From Sedimentisphaerales bacterium (lineage in GTDB: Bacteria; Planctomycetota; Phycisphaerae; Sedimentisphaerales; SM23-30), in NCBI GenBank assembly GCA_963663965.2, contig CAXXFK010000028.1, forward strand, positions 96,001-160,000: 64,000 bases of DNA. The letters are read 5' to 3'. The notes below the pieces were generated by a model. The model did no database searches. It saw only the letters and a list, made by a program, of their open reading frames with translations, and had not been told where the DNA came from. Every line of letters starts with the position of its first letter. Position 1 is the first letter of the stretch. Position numbers and translations under genes: made by a program. Positions 19,801-28,567 of the stretch are shown here, piece by piece.

Positions 19801-21682
19801 CTCTTTCACACTATTTGCAGTTGGACGTTTTGATTCTAACCCCAATAGCGGCAATCACTACATGATTGGCACACAAACTATAGCTGATGATAGTTTAGGA
19901 TTATATTTGGATGGTAGTTCAAATCCTGATAGATTCGGATTTAAGGCAGGAAATTCCAATGAGCTTCCTTCCTGGTCACCAGTAGCCGACATAAATCCTC
20001 ATGTATTTTCCATTACTTCTGATATGGCCGTCTGCTTTGATGGTAATTTCCTTGGATCAATTGTAAATGATTCACAATCATCTCCTGTAGGACTGAATTT
20101 AGGTAGTAGCCTCGATAATGGCAGCAGTCAGTATTTCAAAGGAGAAATTGCAGAAGTTATTTTTTATGATCGTGTCTTGTCATCATTGGAATTGGAACAA
20201 GTTGGCGATTATCTTGCTAATAAATATCCCGTAATCAATACATCATATATTAGCTTTCCATTTGCCCAATCTCCGGTAAGTGGAGCGGCTGGCGTATTGC
20301 CTAAATCGGTATTGATGTGGAAAGCTGGGCTAAATCCTGATGACCGTATGCATGTTGATCCTGCTATTAAAAAACATTATTTATGGATGGGTAGCGGTGA
20401 ACAGAATGATTTATCGTTAGTTGCTTCAATTGATATTAGCGACTATAGCGACCCTTCTGCAGATGGATTCTTTGACCTTAGCTCATTACTGGATTTTGGC
20501 AGTACATATTACTGGATGGTAGAAGAAGGTCTTGATGATGGTGCCGGCGGTGTCTATCCTCCCGGTAACTCAAATAATATAACTGGTCCTGTTTGGAGTT
20601 TTACTACTGCTACAGATATACTTAAGATATCAGTTCAGCCGCGGGATATGAAAGCCCATGAGTCAGATAATGCCCGGTTTGGTATCGAATATTCAGCATT
20701 GTCAGAGATTACTGATGTTAAATGGTATAAAGATGATGTGTTGTTATCTGCTGGTGGCGGTATAAACATAAATTGGAGTCAGGCAGCGAGTATACTAACG
20801 ATCACAAATGCTGACAGTGATGATGAAGGTGAATATTATGCAATTATTGATTGTTCCGCTGGAGACTCTTTAAAGTCAAGTACCGCCAGGCTGACTCTGA
20901 ACAAGCTGCTGGCAAGGTATAGGTTTGAACAGAATGCTTCTGATTCTGTTGGAGTGAATGATGGAAGCATTGTCGGTGGTATGGATTATGTGGCCGGCAA
21001 GACCAATGCTGGCGGGCAGATGTATGCAGTTGATCCTAATGGAGAGAATTATATATTGCTGTCAAAAGATGCCTATCCTAAAACTGGAATTGGTAATGGT
21101 CTCAATGCCTTTACTTATAGCTGCTGGGTCAGGCTTGATCCCGGCGAGGGTGGTATAATTCTTGGTGTCTTTAACGATGGGGTTAAAACCGGTCTTAGGT
21201 TTAGTATCAATTCGGTTGAAAATAATATAAGCGTGTATTTGAGACAGAACAATGGCTCATCTATTTATCCAACAACTACTCCGCTGGCAGCTGACAGTTT
21301 GTGGCATTTTGTTGCTGCAACCTATGATGGCACTGAAATGAAAATATATGTAGATGGAACCTTGAAAGCTGCTGCTACAAAAACATTAACAGACTTTGAT
21401 GAATGGCAGTACCCAATGACCCTGGTGGCCCTGGACTATCACGGCAGTATAAATAATCGTTTTAGCGGTCAGGTTGACGACTTAAAAATTTACAACTATG
21501 CTTTGTCTTTCGAGAAAATTGCCCAGGAATATCTGGCCGTTGAAGGGGGCGGATGGATCTGCGATACTGACCAGCCTGGCCTGGTTTGTGATTTTGATAA
21601 CAACTGCCAGGTTGACTTTGGTGACCTTGAGATGTTTGTTTGTCAATGGCTTGACAGTAATCGTATTTACTCTGTGAAATAG
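16832..21682 (+). CDS. Multimodular GH2 (beta-mannosidase/endo-beta-mannosidase-like) + LamG-like + Ig + LamG + half-dockerin
   Basis: GINYRAEIWLNG, GWDF..GIRDRNTGIW, LWWP...GPQNLY, IRFWGGG, LRNHPS....ANE (acid/base), PEYG (nucleophile). Confidence 0.92.
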   Translation: MRILVTCVIMCHMAMCSFLLAGELNIASDNSISRAPDRQKQDAIVLRSNDFHEGGYQWRMIKEGDAGVAGGRVSLVGYTSDAAMDAIVPGTVLNSLVYNKVYPEPYFGINNANDKDLIPDITEVGREFYTYWFRTEFELPADYSGKQVMLRLDGINYRAEIWLNGQQIGNMAGMFNHGFFDVTDNVNYDGPNALAVLVKPVDVLGGFDVKNDEPQAVGENRNGGDGTFGKNVTQLMSIGWDFTFSDGIRDRNTGIWKDITIFPVDSVELRNPFIKCDLVMPDMTSSRQDISVEVINHTSIFQSGVLRAVIDGMSVNIEKNVSLTPNEAKTVYLSPDEYESLTCLNPELWWPINKGPQNLYHLTLSFEQNGTVSDTEETRFAVRHVTSDRNTPDSSRQFYVNGKPIFLHGTNWIPEAMLRKTDERMYAEMRYTQQAGINFIRFWGGGIVESDYFYDLCDELGIMVSMEFWQSGDTVLPADYDLYRENFADTIKALRNHPSVVYYISANERGASSVVPVTDLVQSLDGTRGYQAGSEIEGIHDGSPYKYVNPMFYYDDSASDRGSRIYGLCPEYGTPCLPTLDCLEEMMDVSDIWPVNETVWDYHDGAGFHDMVAKYVPAMQQYGSIESAEELAWKGQMVGAVGYRSLWECWTYNRLNNGDRYSSGVWFWYHNSPTRQVCGRMWDWSLEPTAALYYSQDAHEPIHAQYDFIKNTVSVNNEFYTPFEGSVQIRVFNQDMSLKYEKQTTVSVGSDMVANDVIHAELPSDLSPVHFIRLDIFDSNGSYVADTFYWCSNSEYDGQKTYTGPLYSGFQDIEKLPNISLDSVVEMKNGKYKVTITNQSESLAFMVRVKLADSSDLKPVRPSFYSDNFFSLLPGEEKVVTIESYKYEPSAIVQISGWNVVETSTPINDMPPVTDGLVMCLDADAIAGVEDGVSIGSWVDISDSGNDASQMLSETQPVYDTYSEVLGKPVVCFDGIDDYLDLNDDMISLGSFTLFAVGRFDSNPNSGNHYMIGTQTIADDSLGLYLDGSSNPDRFGFKAGNSNELPSWSPVADINPHVFSITSDMAVCFDGNFLGSIVNDSQSSPVGLNLGSSLDNGSSQYFKGEIAEVIFYDRVLSSLELEQVGDYLANKYPVINTSYISFPFAQSPVSGAAGVLPKSVLMWKAGLNPDDRMHVDPAIKKHYLWMGSGEQNDLSLVASIDISDYSDPSADGFFDLSSLLDFGSTYYWMVEEGLDDGAGGVYPPGNSNNITGPVWSFTTATDILKISVQPRDMKAHESDNARFGIEYSALSEITDVKWYKDDVLLSAGGGININWSQAASILTITNADSDDEGEYYAIIDCSAGDSLKSSTARLTLNKLLARYRFEQNASDSVGVNDGSIVGGMDYVAGKTNAGGQMYAVDPNGENYILLSKDAYPKTGIGNGLNAFTYSCWVRLDPGEGGIILGVFNDGVKTGLRFSINSVENNISVYLRQNNGSSIYPTTTPLAADSLWHFVAATYDGTEMKIYVDGTLKAAATKTLTDFDEWQYPMTLVALDYHGSINNRFSGQVDDLKIYNYALSFEKIAQEYLAVEGGGWICDTDQPGLVCDFDNNCQVDFGDLEMFVCQWLDSNRIYSVK

Positions 21683-21708
21683 ATCTTTCTAATTGTGGGT
21701 GTTAGTGT

Positions 21709-21742
21709 AAAGGCCTTGTAAGTAAATGCTTATGAGGCTTTT
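21709..21742 (+). terminator. Hairpin terminator / REP-like element, copy 2
   Basis: AAAGGCCTTGTAAG-TAAATG-CTTATGAGGCTTTT. Confidence 0.7.
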
Positions 21743-21878
21743 GCAATTTAAAATATTCTTGAAACTATTTACACTGCAAAACTCATATATTCTGCTGAAA
21801 AATGAACTTATAAGTCATTATTATTTGTGCTATATTATACCTGAATCTAATCGCTTTTGAGCAGGAATAGGAGTAATA

Positions 21879-22886
21879 ATGAAATATAAGAACCGGATTG
21901 TATGTATTTTGACTTGTCTTTGTTTTGCTGTTTTTGCTGGTCTATTGCCGGCAGAACCTGTAAAAGTTGCCAGTGGTGATAATAATAGTCTCCCATGGCT
22001 CTCGGATGGGGCATATAGTGTTACCGTAACTGACTATGAATGGATAGATTCGGACCGCAGCCGTACAGTCCCAGTAAGGCTTTATCTCCCAGGTGCTGAA
22101 GGAAAAATGCCGCTTATCGTATTTTCGCATGGTTTAGGAGGAGACCGCTACGGCTATAAGTTCTTAGGAGGCTATTGGGCTAGTCATGGCTTTGTCTGTC
22201 TTATGCTGCAGCATCCTGGCAGTGACAGCTCATTGTGGAAAGGTGTTCCGCCAGCTGAATCTAAGAATAATATCATGAAAGCCGCCAGTATTCAAAATGC
22301 CTTACTTCGTGTACAGGATGTCAGGTTTGCTATGACAAAAATGGCTGAATTGTGTGCTGATGGAGGTATTATGGCAAATAAAGTCGATTTGACTGCAGCC
22401 GGCATTGCCGGTCATTCATTCGGGGCACAAACGACGTTGGCAACTGTAAATTCAAGCTCTGACTTTATTGCGGCAATTCCTATGAGCGCACCGTATGCCG
22501 GGGGTAAGCTGGCTCAAAAGTTTGCATATGGAAATATCGCCGTTCCTTGTCTGCATATGACTGGTACTATTGATGACAGCCCAGTAGGGGAAACCAGTGC
22601 CGCTCAGAGAAGGGTGCCGTATGACTTTCTTAGCAGCTCAGATCAATATCTGATAAACTTTATTGGTGGTGACCATATGATCTTTGCCGATATTTGGCTG
22701 CCCTTGCGTGATAATGACAAGGATAAAGAGTTTCACCAGTGTATAAAGTCCGTTACAACGGCATTTTGGTACTGCTACTTGAAAAAAGACCAGTCTGCGA
22801 GCCAGTGGTTAAACATATCTGTACGGGATTATCTCAAAAATATCGCAGATTATGAATATAAGATCAAATCTGAACATGTGAAATAA
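21879..22886 (+). CDS. Secreted alpha/beta hydrolase (predicted dienelactone hydrolase/esterase)
   Basis: PLIVFSHGLGG, WASHGFV...QHPGSD, nucleophile elbow GHSFGA, TGTIDD, GGDHM; AGGAG RBS. Confidence 0.88.
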   Translation: MKYKNRIVCILTCLCFAVFAGLLPAEPVKVASGDNNSLPWLSDGAYSVTVTDYEWIDSDRSRTVPVRLYLPGAEGKMPLIVFSHGLGGDRYGYKFLGGYWASHGFVCLMLQHPGSDSSLWKGVPPAESKNNIMKAASIQNALLRVQDVRFAMTKMAELCADGGIMANKVDLTAAGIAGHSFGAQTTLATVNSSSDFIAAIPMSAPYAGGKLAQKFAYGNIAVPCLHMTGTIDDSPVGETSAAQRRVPYDFLSSSDQYLINFIGGDHMIFADIWLPLRDNDKDKEFHQCIKSVTTAFWYCYLKKDQSASQWLNISVRDYLKNIADYEYKIKSEHVK

Positions 22887-23110
22887 TGATTAGTTAGCTG
22901 TAACTGATTGTCGATAAGTTAGTTATGGTTTGTTTTTTTCATTCTGGGGTTTGACTGTGAATATTAATTCGCATTTGGATCTGGAATGGTGCTTTAGGTT
23001 AAAATCTTGCCCACTTTTTAACAGTGTTAAGCTTTCTTTATGCCGTTATTTCGTCTGATGATTTTGATTTTGGGCTAATGTTCCATAAAAACGAAAATAT
23101 GATAAAAAAG

Positions 23111-23143
23111 TGTACACAAATCTTGTGTTTGAGTGATTAGGTA
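23111..23143 (+). promoter_or_regulatory. Candidate autoregulatory ECF promoter, copy 3 (TGTACACA-N10-TTGAGTGATTAGGTA)
   Basis: About 45 bp upstream of the ECF sigma start; shared with 14378 and 6658. Confidence 0.65.
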
Positions 23144-23188
23144 TATATAGGATAAATAATTAGAATATCTGGATTTAACCTGGTGCTC

Positions 23189-23701
23189 ATGAATAAAGAT
23201 AAATTTTTCAAATTATTTTTACAGAACAATAAAAAGCTTTTTGCCTATATTGTATGCTGTGTTCCAAACTATGCCGATGCTGAAGATATTCTTCAGGATG
23301 TTGCATCTGTTATGTGGAAGAAGTTTGACAGCTACGAAGACGGCACAAACTTTTATGCATGGGCTAAGCAGATAGCAAAGTACAAGATAAGTTATTATTA
23401 CAGGAGTCAGAAAGATATCTGGCGTTTTGATAGTGATGTGCTGCAGAATATTATTGAGGCAAATGATGAAGTTTCCCAGAAACATGATAGCAGAGCTGTT
23501 GCTTTACAGGGGTGCCTTAATAAACTGAACAGTAATGATCTTAATCTTATCAAACAGCGTTTTCAGGATAATATCTCGGTTAGAGAAATTGCGATCAAAA
23601 ACAGTGTTTCGGTATCTAAGCTGTATAAGCATCTCGCGAAGGTATATGCTGTGCTAGGTGACTGCATAACAAAGACAACACTTGCCTGGGAGGGTAGGTA
23701 A
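23189..23701 (+). CDS. ECF sigma-70 factor
   Basis: DAEDILQDV..MWKKFDSYEDGTNFYAWAKQIAKY; ALQGCLNKL; HTH; TAATG coupling to FecR. Confidence 0.94.
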   Translation: MNKDKFFKLFLQNNKKLFAYIVCCVPNYADAEDILQDVASVMWKKFDSYEDGTNFYAWAKQIAKYKISYYYRSQKDIWRFDSDVLQNIIEANDEVSQKHDSRAVALQGCLNKLNSNDLNLIKQRFQDNISVREIAIKNSVSVSKLYKHLAKVYAVLGDCITKTTLAWEGR

Positions 23702-25407
23702 TGAACCATAGAGAGCTTGTCCTTTTATGTGAGCTGGTTGCCGCTGAATTTGATAATGATCTGACATTAGAGCAGTTCACGACACTTAACAATATGCTTA
23801 AGCATAAGGAATATGCACTAAAGTATGTAGAGCTTGTTTCAATGTTTACTGAACTGGCCGGGCAGAGCAGGCTGGATCAGATCCTGGCGAATAATGCCGA
23901 TCAGGGAATTGGTGGCCAGATCAATACTGAAATACTTAGCCGGATCGTGGATATTGAAGATAGTGCTCCTGCTATTGAGCTGGAAAGCGAAGTTGAAGAG
24001 CAAAGCCAGATTGTTGAGCATAAAGACAGCAAAGAAAGCAAGTCGAGCAGGTTCTTTAAGCTGTTCGACCGTTTTATCTATTTAGCTGCTGTATTTATGG
24101 TACTGTTTATTGCTTATGCCGAGTTGTTCTCACCTCAATATTCTATACCGGTTGCAACTGTGACAGATCAGGTAGATGTTCGCTGGAGTAAGAGTTCTGA
24201 ACAGTTCCATACATCTGACAGACTGCTGACCAATCAGTTCCCGTATAAAATTGATAAAGGGATAGTCAGCATAAAATATGATCAGGGTGTTGATGTTGTA
24301 ATTGAGGGGCCTGCTGAGTTTACTATCGAAAAAAATGGAATTGACCTGGCCCAGGGACGAATTTATTCATATGTGTCTGAGGTTGGACGCGGCTTTACAG
24401 TCGATACAATAAATAACAGGTATGTTGACCTTGGCACAGAATTTGGTGTTTCTGTTGAAAAAGAAACCTCCGAAGAGCTTCATGTCTTAAAAGGCAAGGT
24501 TCAGTTCTTTTCTGGACTTACTGGTGCTCCCAAGGATAGTAGTGTGATATTTGCTAATGATGCCAGAAGGTTTAACTCTAAGACCGGAAAAGTGTCTGCT
24601 ATTCCGGTAGAGACAGAGTTGTTTGCTCGGCAGCTTGACTCAAAGGCCGGTATGATCTGGCGTGGGCAGAAAACACTGGATCTGACAAGGCTGGCAGCCG
24701 GTAGAAAAGATTCATGGAATATCGGTGATGCAGTTGGGATAAATCCAGTTGATGGTAAGTATGTGGATGCTAATTACAATAGAAGAGTAAACAGCAATAA
24801 TAAATATAGTATTGTTGCCGATTCTAAAATTGTTGATGGTGTTTTTATTCCTGATGGTGGAGATGGTGAGGTTGTGATCTCTTCTACTGGATTAACTTTT
24901 GCCTGTCCAGATACCAGCGGCGGATATACTCAGAATATATGCTTGTTCAGAAGTGGTATAAAAAGAGAAAATTCTAAAGTCTCCGATGTGATATTTAATG
25001 GTGTAGAAATAGAAAAAAATCCTGAATCGATAATGTGCTTCCATAGTAATTGCGGTATGACGATCGATCTGAAAGCAATTAAAGAGTCTATGCCTGGCCA
25101 TGAATTATCTGGTTTTAAGGCATTGGGTGGCATTACTGAGTTTGTTGATGGTTTAATTGGTCGTCCGGCTGATATTGACCTTTGGGTACTTGTCGACGGT
25201 CAGCTCAAATATAGCAGAGAACTCCTAATGGTTAAAGATGGGACTATTGATATCGATATAGATCTTGCCGATGATGCCCGTTTTTTAACTATTATTGTGA
25301 CCGATGGGCTCAGACCTGCCGATCCACCAAAATATGCCGGATGGGAAAATGATTTCTTTTATCTGGTGAACCCTGAAATTGTGCTTGATGCTGAGATAAA
25401 CAATTGA
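23701..25407 (+). CDS. FecR-family anti-sigma factor with C-terminal NPCBM/NEW2-like domain
   Basis: GVDVVIEGPAEF, VDLGTEFGV, LHVLKGKV; FHSNCGMTIDL...RFLTIIVTDG. Confidence 0.88.
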   Translation: MNHRELVLLCELVAAEFDNDLTLEQFTTLNNMLKHKEYALKYVELVSMFTELAGQSRLDQILANNADQGIGGQINTEILSRIVDIEDSAPAIELESEVEEQSQIVEHKDSKESKSSRFFKLFDRFIYLAAVFMVLFIAYAELFSPQYSIPVATVTDQVDVRWSKSSEQFHTSDRLLTNQFPYKIDKGIVSIKYDQGVDVVIEGPAEFTIEKNGIDLAQGRIYSYVSEVGRGFTVDTINNRYVDLGTEFGVSVEKETSEELHVLKGKVQFFSGLTGAPKDSSVIFANDARRFNSKTGKVSAIPVETELFARQLDSKAGMIWRGQKTLDLTRLAAGRKDSWNIGDAVGINPVDGKYVDANYNRRVNSNNKYSIVADSKIVDGVFIPDGGDGEVVISSTGLTFACPDTSGGYTQNICLFRSGIKRENSKVSDVIFNGVEIEKNPESIMCFHSNCGMTIDLKAIKESMPGHELSGFKALGGITEFVDGLIGRPADIDLWVLVDGQLKYSRELLMVKDGTIDIDIDLADDARFLTIIVTDGLRPADPPKYAGWENDFFYLVNPEIVLDAEINN

Positions 25408-25626
25408 GTTTCAGCTTACTAGAGAAGATGTGACCTGTCTCTTATTTTTTATGATTATTATGTATCAGTTTCTGGTGCTTATTTTGATATTGATTTTTAT
25501 TTATTTACTCAAACTCTTCGTTTGGTTTATGTGTATGTATGTAAATATGTTTATGAACAAATAGTCTGGATTTGGTGATCATAAATTAGTTTGAGGTAAT
25601 TTAAAATCTTTTTTAGGGAGGTCAAA

Positions 25627-27702
25627 ATGAAAACTTTTGTCATGTTATTTCTTTCGCTATTGATGTCTTCGGTTTGTCTGGCTGATGCTCAAATAGCAAA
25701 TCCGGGTTTTGAGTCTATGGCTACGAATCCATCTTCAGGTGTACTGGAGCCTGGTAACTGGACTTTGTACGCTCAATCAAATGCAACAGTGTACTTTGCG
25801 GCTAAAACCGATGTTGTTAGAACTGGCACTTATTCAGAGAAAATAGCTGCCCGTAACGGATATGGTATGATCTATCAGGAAATCAGCAGTGGTTTTTCTG
25901 CCGGAGAGACATACAGCTTCTGGATGTATGGCAGAGGTGACACCAATAGTGGATGGATAATGGATGAGACTGGTGACCAGGTTGATTTATATATAAAATT
26001 TAAGGATGCTGGCGGTAATCAGATCGGTGACGAGATAAGTATGATCCTTTTTGATACTGACCCTGCAACACAAGCTCCAATTCTTAGTAGTGTAGAATGG
26101 GTTCAGTCTCCTGTATTTCAGTTTACTATCCCTGACGGTACAACATCATTTCTGGTAAAGATACGAAGTGTAGATGGTTCTGAAGATGGTGGTAAGGTAG
26201 ATGGTACATCAATATATATGGATGATATAATGTTAGATGTTCTTCCTTTGCCTGCAAAGAATCCTCTTCCTTCAGATAAGGCAATAGAGCAGCCCGTTAC
26301 CGGTCTGAGTCTTAGCTGGGAGCCTGGAGATGATCCTTATGCTGCTGGTGTGCCAAATGGAGATATAACAGGATATTATCTTTCTGTTGAGATCTATGAC
26401 ATTACTAATGATCCTGGCGAGCCTAATTCTATAAATGATCCAAATTATGTGGAGTCTGCTCCTGTCGAATTGAGTACTGCAGAATATACTTCCGAAAATA
26501 TAGAGATCGGGTTTGATAAAATCGTATTCTGGAAGGTTGACCAGAGTATAAATGGTTCATCTGTTGATGGTCTGGCTACTGTTAAAGGTAAATGGTGGTC
26601 TTTTTATACTGAAACTTCATTCCCGGTAATTAAGACCCAGCCTCAGGATGTCTCAATATTAGAAGGACAGACTGCTACGATCTCTATTGAAGCTGATGAT
26701 GATTCTAATTCGATCGTTTTGTATGAATGGTATGATTCTGATGATGTATTAATTGCTTCAGGTGAAGATGCTACTGCCATTGTATTTGAATCAGCAACTA
26801 CAAGTGATGCCGGCGAATATTACTGTGTATTGACTAATAGTCAGGGTAAACAGACTGTAAGTGATGTAGCTGTTTTGATGGTAAAGGGATTATTATTGAA
26901 ATATGACTTTGAAAATGATCTTACAGATGCAACTGGAAACTTTGATGGTACAGGCACAACTCTTGACCCTGGTGGTGAATTAGGAATAACATATGAAACC
27001 GCTGGTATCGATGGTATAGCTGCTGTATTTGATGGTACTAGTTATATGGATCTTGGTATAGAAGCATATCCAAATAAGGAACAGGGGTTAAAGAGCGGAA
27101 CTCTTTCCTTTTGGGTTAAGAAGAATGACGATATTACAAGTACCGTTATCGCCGTATATAATGATAGCCTGGTAACATGTTATAACTTGTCTTTGCAGGA
27201 ATCTGGAAGAATATATTTTTATATCAGAGCAGAGTCCGGGGCCTTTACTACTGTGCAGACTACAGCAGAGGGTTTATTTGACGGCCAATGGCATCAGATC
27301 GTAGCTACATATGAAGCTGGCAGCAATACCAATGTGTATCTGGATGGCGAGATTATAGGTTCATCCACTGGTTTAGGTGAGAATGAAGTATTTGCTGACT
27401 GGAGCTATTCTATGGTAGTAGGTGCCGGAAATACTCGCGGCCTTATCAATAATGTATATACAGGTTCGTTAGATGCATTTGCCTTGTATAACTATCCAAT
27501 GACTAATAAAGAAGTTTTGGATATGTATAATGACCTTGCACCAGTGAAAAAATCACTCTGTCTTGACTCATATGCGTCTGCTTATGATATAGCAGGACCA
27601 GAAGGTGAAGGTATTCCAGATTGTGAGGTTAATATTTATGACCTTGCTGTTATAGCTAATGCGTGGCTCGAATGCGGATTATATCCAGCTTGTGTAAAGT
27701 GA
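25627..27702 (+). CDS. Secreted CBM4/9-like + Ig + LamG protein with half-dockerin-like C-terminus
   Basis: GGGAGG RBS, signal peptide, IANPGFE..W (CBM_4_9-like start), YEWY..DAGEYYC, LamG, PDCEVNIYDL..IANAWL. Confidence 0.85.
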   Translation: MKTFVMLFLSLLMSSVCLADAQIANPGFESMATNPSSGVLEPGNWTLYAQSNATVYFAAKTDVVRTGTYSEKIAARNGYGMIYQEISSGFSAGETYSFWMYGRGDTNSGWIMDETGDQVDLYIKFKDAGGNQIGDEISMILFDTDPATQAPILSSVEWVQSPVFQFTIPDGTTSFLVKIRSVDGSEDGGKVDGTSIYMDDIMLDVLPLPAKNPLPSDKAIEQPVTGLSLSWEPGDDPYAAGVPNGDITGYYLSVEIYDITNDPGEPNSINDPNYVESAPVELSTAEYTSENIEIGFDKIVFWKVDQSINGSSVDGLATVKGKWWSFYTETSFPVIKTQPQDVSILEGQTATISIEADDDSNSIVLYEWYDSDDVLIASGEDATAIVFESATTSDAGEYYCVLTNSQGKQTVSDVAVLMVKGLLLKYDFENDLTDATGNFDGTGTTLDPGGELGITYETAGIDGIAAVFDGTSYMDLGIEAYPNKEQGLKSGTLSFWVKKNDDITSTVIAVYNDSLVTCYNLSLQESGRIYFYIRAESGAFTTVQTTAEGLFDGQWHQIVATYEAGSNTNVYLDGEIIGSSTGLGENEVFADWSYSMVVGAGNTRGLINNVYTGSLDAFALYNYPMTNKEVLDMYNDLAPVKKSLCLDSYASAYDIAGPEGEGIPDCEVNIYDLAVIANAWLECGLYPACVK

Positions 27703-27719
27703 TTTGTTAGTTTCTAATC

Positions 27720-27751
27720 TTCGGCTGGCTTCCTTAGGGAGCCTTGCCGGA
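27720..27751 (+). terminator. GC-rich intergenic hairpin
   Basis: TTCGGCTGGCTTCC-TTA-GGGAGCCTTGCCGGA; weak T-tail. Confidence 0.45.
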
Positions 27752-27807
27752 GTTTGATATGTAAGTTGTTGTTTTTTTATTCTAAATTGACTTTAGGAGG
27801 TCAGAAA

Positions 27808-28467
27808 ATGAAGAAGATTATTTTATTGTTGATGGTGTTTATGGTATCGGCAGCTGGTGCCAATATGATAATGAACCCTGGTTTTGAAGCTCTCACTGGA
27901 AGCCCATTAGTCGCTGACGACTGGACTGAGTACAAAGGCACTGGTGCCACGGTGTACTACGCAGCTAAGACGGATGTTGTATATGATGGTGATTATTCAT
28001 ATAAAATAGCTGCCCGTAACGGCTATGGAATGCTGCACCAGACTATTACCGGTTTTACCGGTGGCGAATCACTAAGCTTCTGGCTTTATGGCAGAGGTGA
28101 TACTAATTCCGGCTGGCAAATGAATGAAGTGGGTGATCAGGTTGATGTTTATATAAAGTTCAAGGATGCCGGCGGCAATCAGATCGGTGATGAGCTTTTT
28201 ATGGTATTATTTGATGCTGATGATAGCACTGATGCTGCGATACTTTCATCAACAGACTGGCTTAAATCATCTGTACTTAGCTTTGTGACACCAGAAAATA
28301 CAGCCCAGATACAAGTCAAGATCAGGTCTGTTGATGGCTCTGTTGATGGTGGTAAAGTTGATGGTACTGGTGTTTATCTTGATAGTGTAACCCTGGTTCC
28401 AGAACCTGCATCTCTTTCAATTTTAGTTGCTGGTTTAGCTGGTATTTTGCATCGCAAAAGAAAATAA
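27808..28467 (+). CDS. PEP-CTERM protein with CBM4/9-like domain
   Basis: AGGAGG RBS before ATG 27808; MNPGFE; C-terminal VPEPASLSILVAGLAGILHRKRK; paralog of the N-terminal domain of 25627. Confidence 0.9.
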   Translation: MKKIILLLMVFMVSAAGANMIMNPGFEALTGSPLVADDWTEYKGTGATVYYAAKTDVVYDGDYSYKIAARNGYGMLHQTITGFTGGESLSFWLYGRGDTNSGWQMNEVGDQVDVYIKFKDAGGNQIGDELFMVLFDADDSTDAAILSSTDWLKSSVLSFVTPENTAQIQVKIRSVDGSVDGGKVDGTGVYLDSVTLVPEPASLSILVAGLAGILHRKRK

Positions 28468-28567
28468 GTTGTTTTGTGGCACTTTAGTATGTTTTTGTTA
28501 TAAGATTATAGCGGGTGTATTCTATTTGAATATGCCCGCATATTGTGTATATAGTTGGAGAGTGATC

